Shown here in pieces: positions 23,053 through 34,372 of a DNA stretch of 48,067 nt. A program made the position numbers and the translations under genes. Numbering within the stretch: position 1 is the stretch's first letter; each line of letters starts with the position of its first letter. The stretch lies in IMG/VR virus record IMGVR_UViG_3300010163_000004, positions 136,935 through 185,001 of that record. One strand, 5' to 3'. The notes under the pieces were generated by a model. That model was not told where the DNA came from and did not search any database. It saw only the letters and a list, made by a program, of their open reading frames with translations. This DNA comes from a virus. Lineage: Duplodnaviria; Heunggongvirae; Uroviricota; Caudoviricetes.

Positions 23053-23441
23053 CACATTATAGAGTATTGTTTGAGAGATATGATTGGGATATAGAAGTTT
23101 GCATAATTGTGGAAAATCCCAATGTTCAATACATTTTAAGTAGATTAAAGGATTTGGGATGTCCAGACGATATTTTACATAGAGCAGCTTCTAGGATAGA
23201 AAATTACGAAAATTCAGGTTTTACGTTTACTAACCAAGAAGAACACAAAAGCATCATAGTTATAAATAGACCAGATTCCGCAGAGGAATTTATAGATACT
23301 TATAACCATGAGAAGAACCATGTTGAAATGCATATATGTAAAGAGTTTGGTATTGACCCATATTCTGAAAAAGCTGCTTATCTAAGTGGTTAGTTGGCAA
23401 AAAAGTTATTTAAGGCTCAGCTGAAAAACTGGATAAAATAA
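23049..23441 (+). CDS. Small HExxH (zincin-like) protein, 130 aa
   Basis: DTYNHEKNHVEMHI...E..AY; one TAG at 23391, then TAA at 23439. Confidence 0.7.
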
Positions 23442-23453
23442 CTCTATATAATT

Positions 23454-23499
23454 AATAGGAGAATTTTCCGAGGTTGGGAAGTTCTCCTATTTTTGTTTT
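23454..23499 (+). terminator. Intrinsic terminator
   Basis: AATAGGAGAATTTTCC ... GGGAAGTTCTCCTATT followed by TTTGTTTT. Confidence 0.75.
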
Positions 23500-23554
23500 G
23501 ATAAATTTGTAATTATGATTATACATTACTGTAAATACATAAACATATAATCTT

Positions 23555-23959
23555 ATGAAATTTTTTACTTTATCAGAATTAACGAAAAGCGCTACTGCTT
23601 AGTAGAAGGGAATCAAGAATGTTCCTTCTAAAGAGGAAGAGCAAAATTTGATAGCTCTTATTGAAAATGTTTTAGACCCTCTTAGAGAGGCATATGGCAA
23701 GCCGATTATTGTTACTAGTGGTTATAGATGCCCAGCTCTGAATAAGGCTGTAGGAGGAGCTAATACTAGCCAACACATGACTGGATAGGCTGCCGATATA
23801 CGTACAGTTTTAGATACTAAATTGGAAAATAAAAAGTTATTTGATTTAGCTCAAAAATTGAAATTACCATTCGATTAGTTAATAGATGAACATAACTTAG
23901 ATTGGATTCACATAAGTTATTCTAATAGAAACAGAAGACAAGTACTGACTATAAAATAA
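23555..23959 (+). CDS. Peptidase M15A-family endolysin (Peptidase_M15_3-like), 134 aa; absent from the ORF track
   Basis: MKFFTLSELTKS, LDPLREAYGKPIIVTSGYRC..LNKAVGG..SQHMTG-Q-AADI, F-D-Q-LIDE, WIHISY. TAG at 23600, 23603, 23786 and 23876. Confidence 0.9.
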
Positions 23960-23960
23960 T

Positions 23961-26258
23961 ATGGGAGAAGGTAAAACCAATATGTTCGGTAAAACCTATA
24001 ATACTATTGGTTCTACCGATTCTAATTTTATTATAAAAACAAAAGGAGATTTAAAAGTTTAGTGGGGTGGCAAATTTATTGATATTATAAAGAATGGTAA
24101 AATTGCCTCTGCTAATTCTAATATACTAAAGACTGCATCTAGTTCCGATGATATTTCAGATAATGGAATATATTTAGTGCCTACTGAAAGTGGAAATGAA
24201 ATATGGGTATCTATAGACAATACTAAAGTTAATTTAATTGGAGAAGTCGGTACAACCTATGTTTCGTTTTTAACAGAACAAAAAGAAATAACTCCTAACC
24301 AGAAATATACTGCTTTAACCAATATAGGCTTATATTATGAAACCTTGGGGGATGCTCAATAGGCCGGAATAAAAGCAGGAATAATATTTATAGCCGGAGA
24401 AAACAAGCTTTATATAGCTAATAATGGGTAGTTGTAGGAATATACAACTTCTCAGAACTCTTTAACTAGTGAGCAATTTGAGAAGCTTATAGTTAAAGAC
24501 TTGAAAATATATAGCGATGGAACTGATATGATTATTTCTAGTCCTATTCTTCAATTTAGAATAAATGATAAGTTAGCTATTTTATTAGATCAATAGATTA
24601 AACCTTACTTAAACATAGCTATGTAGTAGGGCACTTATATTTAGTCAGATAATGCTAATTCCACTAGTGGATATAGATTGTACGTGAAGGATGGAAAATC
24701 TGTACTTGAAATAGATTCTATAATCTGGAGAGATAAAACATAGGAAGTGTCTAGCGGTTCTGTTAAATTAGATGATACCGCAGTTTATAGCATACATGGA
24801 AATATTATAAAGTCTGCATAGCTGAACGGCAATAACATTGTTTGTAATCTAAAATACGTAAACTCATTTCCTTCCACAGGTAGCGTATATATACTAATTT
24901 CTTTAAGTACTTAGATTGATGTGGGATTTAATCAAGAGGATGAGTTTAATACTGAGATATATGTTAATACTAATAATGTAGTATTTGCCCAAAATGTGGT
25001 AATACAAGTAGACTACACTGCAGACAGTATTAAAAATTCTATCCAATTAACTATTCCAGCGGGAAGTACCTCAGCAGTTTATCCCTTATCTAACGTACTA
25101 GACCTTACAATAAATGGATATACTGTTATATCTGGACCTTCAAATGTTGCTGATTATGGAGTTGATTCTAAAAGAGAGTTAATAGAATGTAGTATAGTCA
25201 ACAAAGAAAAATAGGAAATAACTATCTCTGTAGACCCTCTTATCCGGGATTTATTTATTGCTAACTGTGCAGACTCTTTTATATGTCTATCAAATGTTCC
25301 CTTAATAAGGGTAGTCTAGAATAATATCTCTGTTTTAGATAGGTCTAAGATAATTGCTGAACCTTAGGAAGATGGAACAACTAAGCAACATTATGACGAG
25401 ACAATACATACCAAGATAGGAGTAGTAAAAGAGGAGGATTTTGAATCTCTTAAAAAATGTCCTGAAAAATAGGAAAAGGTAGAAGTAGGTATATATTCTG
25501 ATAATTTTATTGGTTTAAATTCTAAATTATACGATGTAATATTTAAGAAACGATGTAACTATCCTAGATATGATGAAAATATTGAAATACCAGAGGATTT
25601 TTAGGATGAAAAGTATAATTAGATGGTTCCTAACATAGATTGGATTAAATAGCTACTAAAGCTAGCAGTTCCTAGTGGGACTATTGCTATGTTTAACGGA
25701 CAATCTGAAATTCCAGAAGGCTGGTCAGTGTGCGATGGAACTAACGGGACTCCCAATTTAGTAGGAAAATTTATTAAAGCAGTTGCCTCAGCAGATGAGG
25801 TTGGAGATAATGACTCTATACTTGATGAAAATAATGAATTAATTCTTTCGCAGGATTACTTACCAAAACATAGTCATCCTCATAAAGCCCATACCCATAG
25901 CTTAAGCGAAGATTTATCTGGAACTACTAGAAGTTCTGGAGATTTATCCGCATCTTTAGAATATTCTGATTATAATTAGAATATAGAATCAGTTTCCAAG
26001 ACTTTTGTTACTTCTGTAACTGGAGAAAGTGTTACTGCCGAAACTGGAACAGTAGATGGAGTATCTAATATAAATACACAGGAAGGTACTGTTACGGGCG
26101 GAAGTTATGCCAATTCTATATCTTTAGAAACAGATGGAGGAACTTCATTATCATCTACTATTAGCGAAGAGTAGACTTTGTCAGATTCTGAATGGCCTAA
26201 TAAACCCTTGAAAATAGAACCACGTTCTTATTCTTTGGTATTTATTATGAAACTATAA
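23961..26258 (+). CDS. Tail protein with C-terminal phage tail-collar domain, 765 aa
   Basis: Track ORFs 24177, 24921 and 25689 are in frame. VPSGTIAMFNG..IPEGWSVCDGTNGTPNLVGKF ... EPRSYSLVFIMK; ends TAA. Confidence 0.8.
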
Positions 26259-26345
26259 TTTTTTATTATTAAAATTTAACAATTAGTTAGGTTTTAATTG
26301 CTGTATAACTAATCAATGCTTATATATTGTATGATTAACTAAAAA

Positions 26346-27359
26346 ATGAATATGAATATGGAAAATTTTGATGATGTAATTTTTGAAGACGACGAGTTTG
26401 GGGACATTGACCTTGGACAGCAAAAACCAGAAGGTAATGAAGGTGATTAGCTTACAGGCTAGCAAAAGCCTTCTGCATAGCCAGATGAAGATTTAACAAC
26501 TGAAGTACTACGTCTTAAAGGTATTACTGACCCAGGAAAAATTAAATTCGAAGATGAAACTGGTGCTATTGTAGAAAGAGCTTGGGACTCTCTAAGCAGA
26601 GAAGAATAGATTAATATCTTGATTGACCAAGAAGTAGAACAGTAGGACTTTGACGACTCCGAATTGTAGCTTATTAATACAATTAGAGAGAGTGGAATGA
26701 CTCCCGACGAGTATATTCAATCTCTATTGCCAGAAACAGAACCAACTAAACGATATAAAGTCGACGATCTTTCTGACGACGAAGTTTATGCATTGGATTT
26801 ATTACATAAAGTCGGGTCGGATATTTCTGATGAGGAAATTAATCAAGCACTTGAATTAGCCAAGCAAAATGAGGGTCTATTCAAGAAAACAGTAGAAGGA
26901 CTCCGTAAAGAGTACATAAGACTTCAGGAAGATGAAGAGGCTCAGATAGCTAACGAGAAAGCCGCAAGAGAGGAGGCTGCTTATAATAGATTTGCTGACT
27001 CTATTAAGGGACAAATTAAAGAACTTGATTCCTTTGCAGGACAACCGCTGCAACTATCTGACGACGATATAGAAGATTTATCCTCATTTATGCTAGAAAT
27101 AGATGACCAAGGATTAAGTGCATTTGGTAGAGCTATGAATGACCCTGCTCTATTTACTAAAGCTGCATTCTGGATTCTCAATGAGGATAAAATAGTAGAA
27201 GAATTAAATAAATAGATTCAGGATAACTATAGAAGAGGTTATGAGCAAGCCAAATTAGATTTACAGGGAAAACCTAAAGCTAAATTGGTGTTCAATAAAC
27301 CCGCTTCACAAAAGAAAACCACAGACGATGTGTTTATAGATGATGAAGATTGGTATTAA
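26346..27359 (+). CDS. Acidic protein upstream of MCP (crAss gene-75-like, putative scaffold), about 337 aa
   Basis: Asp/Glu-rich, immediately upstream of the MCP. The start could be 26346, 26352 or 26358; ends TAA. Confidence 0.75.
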
Positions 27360-27387
27360 GATTTATTAACATTTAAAAAGAATAATT

Positions 27388-28809
27388 ATGCTTGTAGCAA
27401 GTTTTGTAACTAATCGCCCAACGATGGGTGACACTAGAACTTATGAAGATTTTAGTAAATTCCTTGGCGAACGGCCTCACCGTTTAGGCGTTGTATCTCG
27501 TCTTTATCCGGAACTTACTGCAACTTTCTTGACAGAAGCTCTAAGAAATATTTTCTACGGAGATACCAAGAAAGCTACTGGATTCCAGAATATTGATTCT
27601 ACTTATTTCGAATGGGAAGTAGAAACTAATTATATTAAGAGAATTCCCTTCGCAGCAGTGCCTGTTGAAGATGGAGCGGATGGCTCAGAAATTGAAATGA
27701 TTTTCCCAGAAAACTATTATCAATTACACGAAATTTTCAAAATTGAAAAAACTGGATAGCAATGTTTTGTTGTATCTCGTCCTACTAGAAAAGCAGACAA
27801 TATGTGGTCTGTAATGGTAAGACTTATTGATGATGACTACTCGTCAATCCTGGATAAGGATGGATGTCAAATTGGTGATACAACTCGTTTCATTGGTAAC
27901 GCTAAGCCAGAATTGCATGATACTGGTTTTGTTAAGTATCAATCTAACGTTGAAAAGATGAGAAACTATATGACAACTATTCGTGTTGACGATAGCTACT
28001 CTTCTAAATATGCATTAATGGAAGATACTTTCATTAAGGTTGGTAAAGGCGAAAATCAAGGATGCTTAACTGAAAAGATTTACAAACTTGAGCCTATGAA
28101 GAAGAACTTAATTGAAAACTTCTTATATGCTCGTGAAAATATGATTCTATTGGCTAAAGGAAACATCGGAGTAGACGGTAAAGCTACTATCTCTGATAGA
28201 GGTACTGGACGTCCAATTCCTATTGGTGACGGTATGATTCCTCAAATCGAAAGATTTGCTTCTAAGTATGCTGCTAATAGAGTAACTATTAACACATTCC
28301 ACACAATCATCTCTACTATGGTAGAAAAGGCTGAGAAACCTACTGGTAATCACTTTGTATTCATGGTAAACGAAAGAATGTGGGGAATTGTACAGAGAGT
28401 TCTTGGAGACTATCTATCTACTCGTAAGACTGACGGTGCTTACTTGTGGTCTAGAGGTGGAGAAGGAAAATACATCAAAGTAGGTGCTACATTTGATGCT
28501 TACGAATGGGGTGGAAATGTTGTATCATTTAAAGTTGATAGAACATTGAGTAGAGAGTTCTTAGAACCATATGCTCTATGTATTGACCTTACAACTGGTA
28601 AGACTTCTACTCAACCTCCTGTAGCTATGTATTCTCTGAAAGGAAAAGACTACATCTTTAACGAAGTACTTGGTGTAGGTGGTCGTTCAGGTGGTGACAG
28701 TGGTGTTGTTTCAACTCCTGTTGCTGGAGGTATGATGACTATCCATGGATATGCTGGTATTGCAGTATTTAATCCCTACAGAAGTTTTATATTACGTTGC
28801 AAGGAGTGA
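27388..28809 (+). CDS. Major capsid protein (crAss-like, HK97 fold), 473 aa
   Basis: Track ORFs 27388 and 27802 join through a single TAG (27757). Sequence style (GDTRTYEDF..LG.RPHRLG; EWEV.TN.IKRI; GATFDAYEWGGN..FKVDR) and gene context match Crassvirales MCPs. Confidence 0.85.
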
Positions 28810-28879
28810 TATAAAAAACCTTACAAGGGCTATCTAAAAATAACAAATATAGAAAGATAAATAAAAATAAAATAGATAC

Positions 28880-28912
28880 GGTGGGGAACGAGGTGCTTCC
28901 CCACCTAATTCT
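28880..28912 (+). terminator. Hairpin after MCP (terminator/attenuator)
   Basis: GGTGGGGAA-N8-TTCCCCACC, perfect 9-bp stem, with only a weak T tract (TAATTCTTT). Confidence 0.6.
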
Positions 28913-28926
28913 TTAAAATATGAATT

Positions 28927-29787
28927 ATGGCAAAAAAGGTTAATGAAGTACAAGATGGAGATTTAAAAAGTAACATCGTTGTATTGAGAAGCGTATTTGG
29001 TAAAGTCGGACAAAAATATTACATACAACCACAAAAGGATGCTCGTGGTAGATATGCAGATTGTGTAAAGAGAGTAAACTCCCAAGGAGATATTATTCTC
29101 ACCCCAGAAGAAATTGAAAATGAATCAAAAGGACTAGCTGCATATATTCCAGAGACTGAATTATTTGTAATAGAAGACGGTAAGACTTTCAATCTAGATG
29201 ATGTCTATGATAGAGCTGTTTGGGAGGCAATTAAAAATTGCGACTTAATCGCTCCTGACAGATTTGCGAAAAATGAGAAGGGTGATTATCTAATCGATGG
29301 AACAGTAGACCCAAGGTCAAAAAGACCTAGATACGGCACTGCTGAGCTTTATGTAGATAGACCTGGATTTGAAGCCCAACGTAGAGTTACTAGACGTAAA
29401 CTTATTGTAGAAGCTTCTAATTATATTATGAATGACGAACGCGGATATGAAGGAAGATTACTCGTAGCTAAAGTTTTAGGTAGAGATATGAAAAATCAGC
29501 CAAATGCTGATATTGAAGATTACCTATTATCTATAGCTGAGAAAACTCCAGAAAAGATTATCAACTGCTATACTGGTGGGGATATTCAACTTCGTATGTT
29601 ATTTATAGAAGCTCGTGAAAAAGGAGTTATCGTTAAAAAAGACGGACTCTTCGTTTATGGAGAAGATGGTAAAGTTGCATTAGGTGCTACTGATAATGCA
29701 GTAATTGAATGGATGAAATTATCTAGAAATAGTAAAACCCTAGCCTTAATCAGAAAAGACACATATCAAGACGTGTTTGAAGATTGA
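28927..29787 (+). CDS. Conserved hypothetical protein downstream of MCP, 286 aa
   Basis: Track ORF, complete in the standard code (no TAG). Confidence 0.82.
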   Translation: MAKKVNEVQDGDLKSNIVVLRSVFGKVGQKYYIQPQKDARGRYADCVKRVNSQGDIILTPEEIENESKGLAAYIPETELFVIEDGKTFNLDDVYDRAVWEAIKNCDLIAPDRFAKNEKGDYLIDGTVDPRSKRPRYGTAELYVDRPGFEAQRRVTRRKLIVEASNYIMNDERGYEGRLLVAKVLGRDMKNQPNADIEDYLLSIAEKTPEKIINCYTGGDIQLRMLFIEAREKGVIVKKDGLFVYGEDGKVALGATDNAVIEWMKLSRNSKTLALIRKDTYQDVFED

Positions 29788-29813
29788 TTATCAATAAATA
29801 AACTTAGCTAAAA

Positions 29814-30971
29814 ATGACAGCTAGATAGGTTTTTGAAGCTACACTAATAGAACTTAGTAAAATTCAAGCACCTTCACTTAAGCTTTATGAATTTAACTAT
29901 TTATTTAATAAAGCTATAAACTAGTATATTAATAAGGTATACAACGTGTACGATATTAACTAGCAAACTACTGATGATTTGAGAGTCTTGAAGTCTACGA
30001 CTTTCTTGACTCCTCACAAGGTAGAACTTGCAGGAAGAGCATCTGGAGCTGCAAAAGATAGTGCTATTTAGAACACAAAAGCAGTTACTGGTAACTAGGA
30101 TTCTCCAGAAGGAGGATACACTGGTTAGGCTTCATCTTATTTAAGTAAAGCCCATCGCTCGATTCAATCTCTGCATGGTGCTACGTATGAAGTGTATATG
30201 CCTATTGACTACTTACATATGTTGAACTGTGTTTGCATTTATTATGTTGCTAAACAAAAAGATTGCTGGGATGCAGGCTCATATATTGAAATCCCTGCAA
30301 CAAGATTAACTGCTGATTCTTGGAGTCAAATCATTACAGACATTTATAATAGACCTTCGCCTATGCGTCCGTACTATTATGTCCACAATCTTAATCAATA
30401 GTAGGTATTACCTACTGACCCTAGAACTTCCGTGAAGACAGGAACTGGATTAGAAGAAGTTGGTATTGATATGAATGGTATTTATCAGGTTACTTCAGCT
30501 TCTGGAGGAGAGTGGGAAGATAATAATATTGATGCAGGAACTGCTGGAGGGACTTCTCCTGAAAGTCAAAACTCTAACTTCCAAAGAACATTTAAACTTA
30601 ATGTAAATGGAAAAGATACTCAAGTATCTCTAGTTGAAAAACCCATTGCATTGAGAGCTGGAAATACTTCTAATGTTCGTTGTGAAATTAGATATGGTAA
30701 GGATGATAGTTTATTCCAATTAGTAGAAGTGCAGATTGATTATGTTAAGTGTCCTTAGTTTATTCGCTTAACTCAAGAGCAAATAGATTTAACAGAAGAC
30801 ACTTCTCAAATCATGGAGTTCCCAGATTATGTAAACCAAGAGATTATAAACGAGTTGGTACACTTAGTAATGGAACGTGTAAACGATCCAAGACTAGGTA
30901 ACAATATTTAGATGACTCAATCTATTGCTAGACCAACTGGGCAATAGCAACCAGCCCCTCAACAAGGCTAA
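29814..30971 (+). CDS. Putative head-tail adaptor/ring protein, 385 aa
   Basis: MTARQVFEATLIELSK...YDIN-Q-QTTDDLRVL resembles crAss-like ring proteins. The C-terminal GQQQPAPQQG has TAG between two CAA codons. Confidence 0.7.
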
Positions 30972-30988
30972 TTAAACTTTAATTAATT

Positions 30989-31993
30989 ATGGCAACAGGT
31001 TTAAATTTTCAAACTTAGACAATTATCAATTCGAATCTGGATCCAGATTCAAGTAAATTGAACGGAAAAGGTACTGATAATACCTATCTTTTCAAGAGTG
31101 GCAAAACAAACATCGACGGAGAAGAAGTTGATGCTCTAAAGATTAAAAGAGATTTTGTGTTCGTTAAGGGATGCGTAAAAGCTATTAGAAAAAGAGCTGG
31201 ATATGAGGCAGTGCCTTGTAAAGCTACTATTGATTTCGGTGATGCTACTCTTTTAGCTGCTTTAAAAGCAGGAGGAGCAAAAACATATTGTAGACTCGAT
31301 ATTTATTTGGGTGTTGAAGGAGCAGAACCTTACATTTATTCAACTCCCTGGGTTCAAAAAGGTATGCCATTCTGGATTGAATTTACCGTTAAAGAAGCCG
31401 ATGACGCTGCTACTATTGCCAAAAATGTAGCAGATATGCTTAAAAAGAATCACGTATTCTTATGTGATAAAGACCTAATTAATGTTTCTGTAACTGGTAG
31501 CAAACTTGTTCTTGAAGGAGCTACTGAATATCAGAGATTCCGCAAAATCGAAATTAGCACATTCGATGCTTATGATGATTATGCAGAAAAAGTTGCAGAG
31601 TTAGACCCAACGAAAACTTCTGCTACTGACATTAAGCTAGATGAAAGAGGAAAGAATAGCTTCGGTACTTATTCTCAAATCATTAAAGACTTGAGACTTC
31701 CGACTGCTGCAAACTACCAATGGACTCATATCCGTCAGGCAGAAACTCCTATCGTTGGAGCTATTTACAATCAATATATTGTAGAATACGAAGCTCCAGC
31801 TACTAATGATGGTCTACACGCTGTAGGACAGAGAATGACTTCGCATACTACTCACGTATTCTGGGTAAAAAATGATTCCGAGTTAATCACTGCTTGGGAA
31901 GCAGCATTAGCTACTATTGGAACAGTAGTAGATGTTGACACTGAATCCATATCTTCTATAAGTGAAGATGAAGAAGATGAATTAGGTGCTTAA
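30989..31993 (+). CDS. Virion protein, 334 aa (candidate auxiliary capsid/decoration protein)
   Basis: ATG at 30989, one TAG at codon 10, then track ORF 31058. Followed by a terminator like the MCP. The functional call is inferred only from size, position and low TAG use. Confidence 0.55.
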
Positions 31994-32000
31994 ATAAACT

Positions 32001-32034
32001 AAAGGCGGGACTACCCTGTTCCGCCTTTTCTTTT
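32001..32034 (+). terminator. Intrinsic terminator
   Basis: AAAGGCGGGA-ctaccctg-TTCCGCCTTTTCTTTT. Confidence 0.8.
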
Positions 32035-32043
32035 AATTAAGGT

Positions 32044-32469
32044 ATGGAACAGTCAATTTTAGAATGGGCCTTAGCAGTAATAGGCAGTGGTGGTATAGGC
32101 GCAGTTATTACTTATATTTGTACTTTTAAGAGCAGAAAGAAACAAGTAGAAGCTGAAGCCGAATCTTCAATGGTCGAGGTTGAGTAGAAAAAAACAGATC
32201 TCAAACAAGACTAGTATGATTATTTGTAGAAGACGTGTGATAAGTACATAAAGGATTACCATGAGCTTGAAGGCGATTTTAGAAAGTAGATATCGGAATT
32301 GAGAGAGCAAATGGACAAAATTATGTTAGAGAAATCCCAAGCAATATCTGCAAAATGTAATGAAATTGCCACTCTAAAATCTAAAGTCACTTATTTAAAA
32401 GGAATAAGATGTTATAACTTTACTTGCAAACATAGGATAATGACTAATCCTGATAAAACAGAAGAATAA
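32044..32469 (+). CDS. Single-TM coiled-coil protein, 141 aa (holin/lysis-associated candidate)
   Basis: N-terminal hydrophobic ILEWALAVIGSGGIGAVITYI, then a coiled coil and C-terminal RCYNFTCKHR; 4 TAG. Confidence 0.7.
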
Positions 32470-33167
32470 TGTATATAGAGAAACTTGCATCCCAAATTCG
32501 TAATGATGTTGTATCTGGACTAAGAGGTTATCATTAGAATTTATCTATGAATATGGACTAGCTATAGGATGAAATAGTAGCCTGTAGATTATCCATATTA
32601 CATTAGTATTTTCTCAGAGGAATATTTCCTATCAAAGACCTGTTAATAGCGATTAACTGCATTGACGTAGACTGTGAGTCTCTTGAGAGATGTAAATGTG
32701 GAGTGAGAAGTGCGGATGATACTGTAACAGCTCATTTCGAAATACCACAAGTTATTTCATAGTACGGAAAGCAAGCTATTGAGTATATAGGTTCTACTGA
32801 TAGGCAAAATAAGTTTACGATAGTAACATCGTTATCTGAATTTAATAACAGAAAGTATAGAAAAAGAAGCTAGAACAAACCCTACGTTTGGATTGATTTC
32901 GCACCAAATGCAAACGGAATGTTAGATTGTTTTCTATTTAATGCACCATTCCTGTAGCAGGTTTCCGTAGTTGCAGTATTCAAAGACCCAAGATAGCTAA
33001 AGTAGTACAGTTGCTGTAATACTGACGAACTTAATGGGCCTGATGTAAATACTAGCTTTATTGATTAGCTAGTTAAGGAAAAACTAACTAAGGAAAAATT
33101 ATACTATTATAGATAGGTTGCAGCTTAGCCTCTGCCTAATGACTAGTAGTATGTAACAGGAGGATGA
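32469..33167 (+). CDS. Putative tail ring/tubular protein, 232 aa
   Basis: ATG overlaps the upstream TAA; open with 14 TAG; ends TGA. Not in the ORF track. Confidence 0.7.
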
Positions 33168-33168
33168 T

Positions 33169-33870
33169 ATGAGTAGACTTAATAATTTTCATTACGCTAT
33201 AAGTTTAGCTTAGATGCTATACGATATTGAGGGAGATAATGATGATTTAGAGGAAATCGGTTTAGTGGCATACAATTTTATTGGAAATAAAAACACTAGA
33301 CTGTATAGAGCACTATTAGATATAAATTGTTAGGATGGGTCAGTCGAATTACCTTGTAATGTAGACATTATAGAGGCTGTAACCTATTGTGGTCCAGAGG
33401 ATTGGGGCTACACTAGTAATACGAAAGAGTTTGGAGACATATAGTCTTTGTACACTGAGAATTACATTGAAAGTAGAAAAGCTTTCCTAGATCCCTTTTA
33501 TGTTAGCGGTAAGTTCGTTAAATATAAAAGAGTAGGAGATAAACTTTATGTTAATAAAGGTGCAGGAAAAGTAAATATTCTATATCATGGAATACTACTT
33601 GACGAGGAAGGTCTTCCCGAAATAAACGATAAAGAAGCTATCGCAATAGCTGAATATATTGCCTATGTATAGAAATACAAGGAAGCAATACGTACTAACA
33701 ATTAGAATGTGTTGAAAATGGCTTAGGACTTGAAGCGCTAGTGGCTACAGCATTGCTTAGCGGCTAGAGTTCCAGAATATGTATCTCAAGAAGAGATGGA
33801 TAAAATACTTAATGTATAGGCTTCTTGGGGACGTAAGTTTCATAACAGGAGCTATAAACCAACTATGTAA
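33169..33870 (+). CDS. Putative tail ring/tubular protein, 233 aa
   Basis: Includes track ORF 33448. ELPCNVDIIEAV and NILYHGILLDEEGLPEIND..AIA.YIAY resemble crAss tail tubular proteins; ends TAA. Confidence 0.7.
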
Positions 33871-33877
33871 AATATAC

Positions 33878-33905
33878 AGGGAGGCAATTTGTCTCCCTAT
33901 TTTTG
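33878..33905 (+). terminator. Intrinsic terminator
   Basis: AGGGAGGC-aattt-GTCTCCCT followed by ATTTTTG. Confidence 0.7.
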
Positions 33906-33908
33906 TTT

Positions 33909-34367
33909 ATGATTATGAGTAATAAGAATTATGCAATGGGTCATGCTTTTTCCTTGCATGACATTTTTATGAATTTCCCAGTAGAGAAACTGAAAATGAC
34001 TTCAGACTAGTGTAAAGAAACATACTCTGATGGAAATAAAAGAGATTTGGCGGCATCTATATTTGCCAAAAGTGTTCAGATGGTAGTAGATGATATTATA
34101 GATAACAATGTCCACTTTAAATTACCTGGAATGGCTAGGACATAGGCATATATGTATATGAAAAGAACAGAAGGTAAAAAATTTAAGAAGGCATTTAAGA
34201 ATGGAAAATGGAATGATATAGACTTTGTAATGTCTAACTTTAGCGGATATTAGCTTACTCTAGAGATGTAGAGTGAAAAGAGGCTTCCAAGAGAGAAACC
34301 TATATACTTATCAGCAAAAGATAAGTAGAGAATCGTAGATAATACTAACAGAGGTAAATAGTATTAA
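33909..34367 (+). CDS. Putative divergent HU/IHF-like protein, about 152 aa
   Basis: Open with TAG read-through, ends TAA. SIFAKSVQMVVDDIIDNNVHFKLPG and the position before the stabilisation genes fit the crAss IHF-like genes. Confidence 0.5.
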
Positions 34368-34372
34368 TTGTT

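Noticed and set aside
28810-28879. A-rich 70-nt spacer after MCP as an intron or ncRNA
   Set aside because: No recognisable structure or intron core, and the MCP reading frame is already complete.
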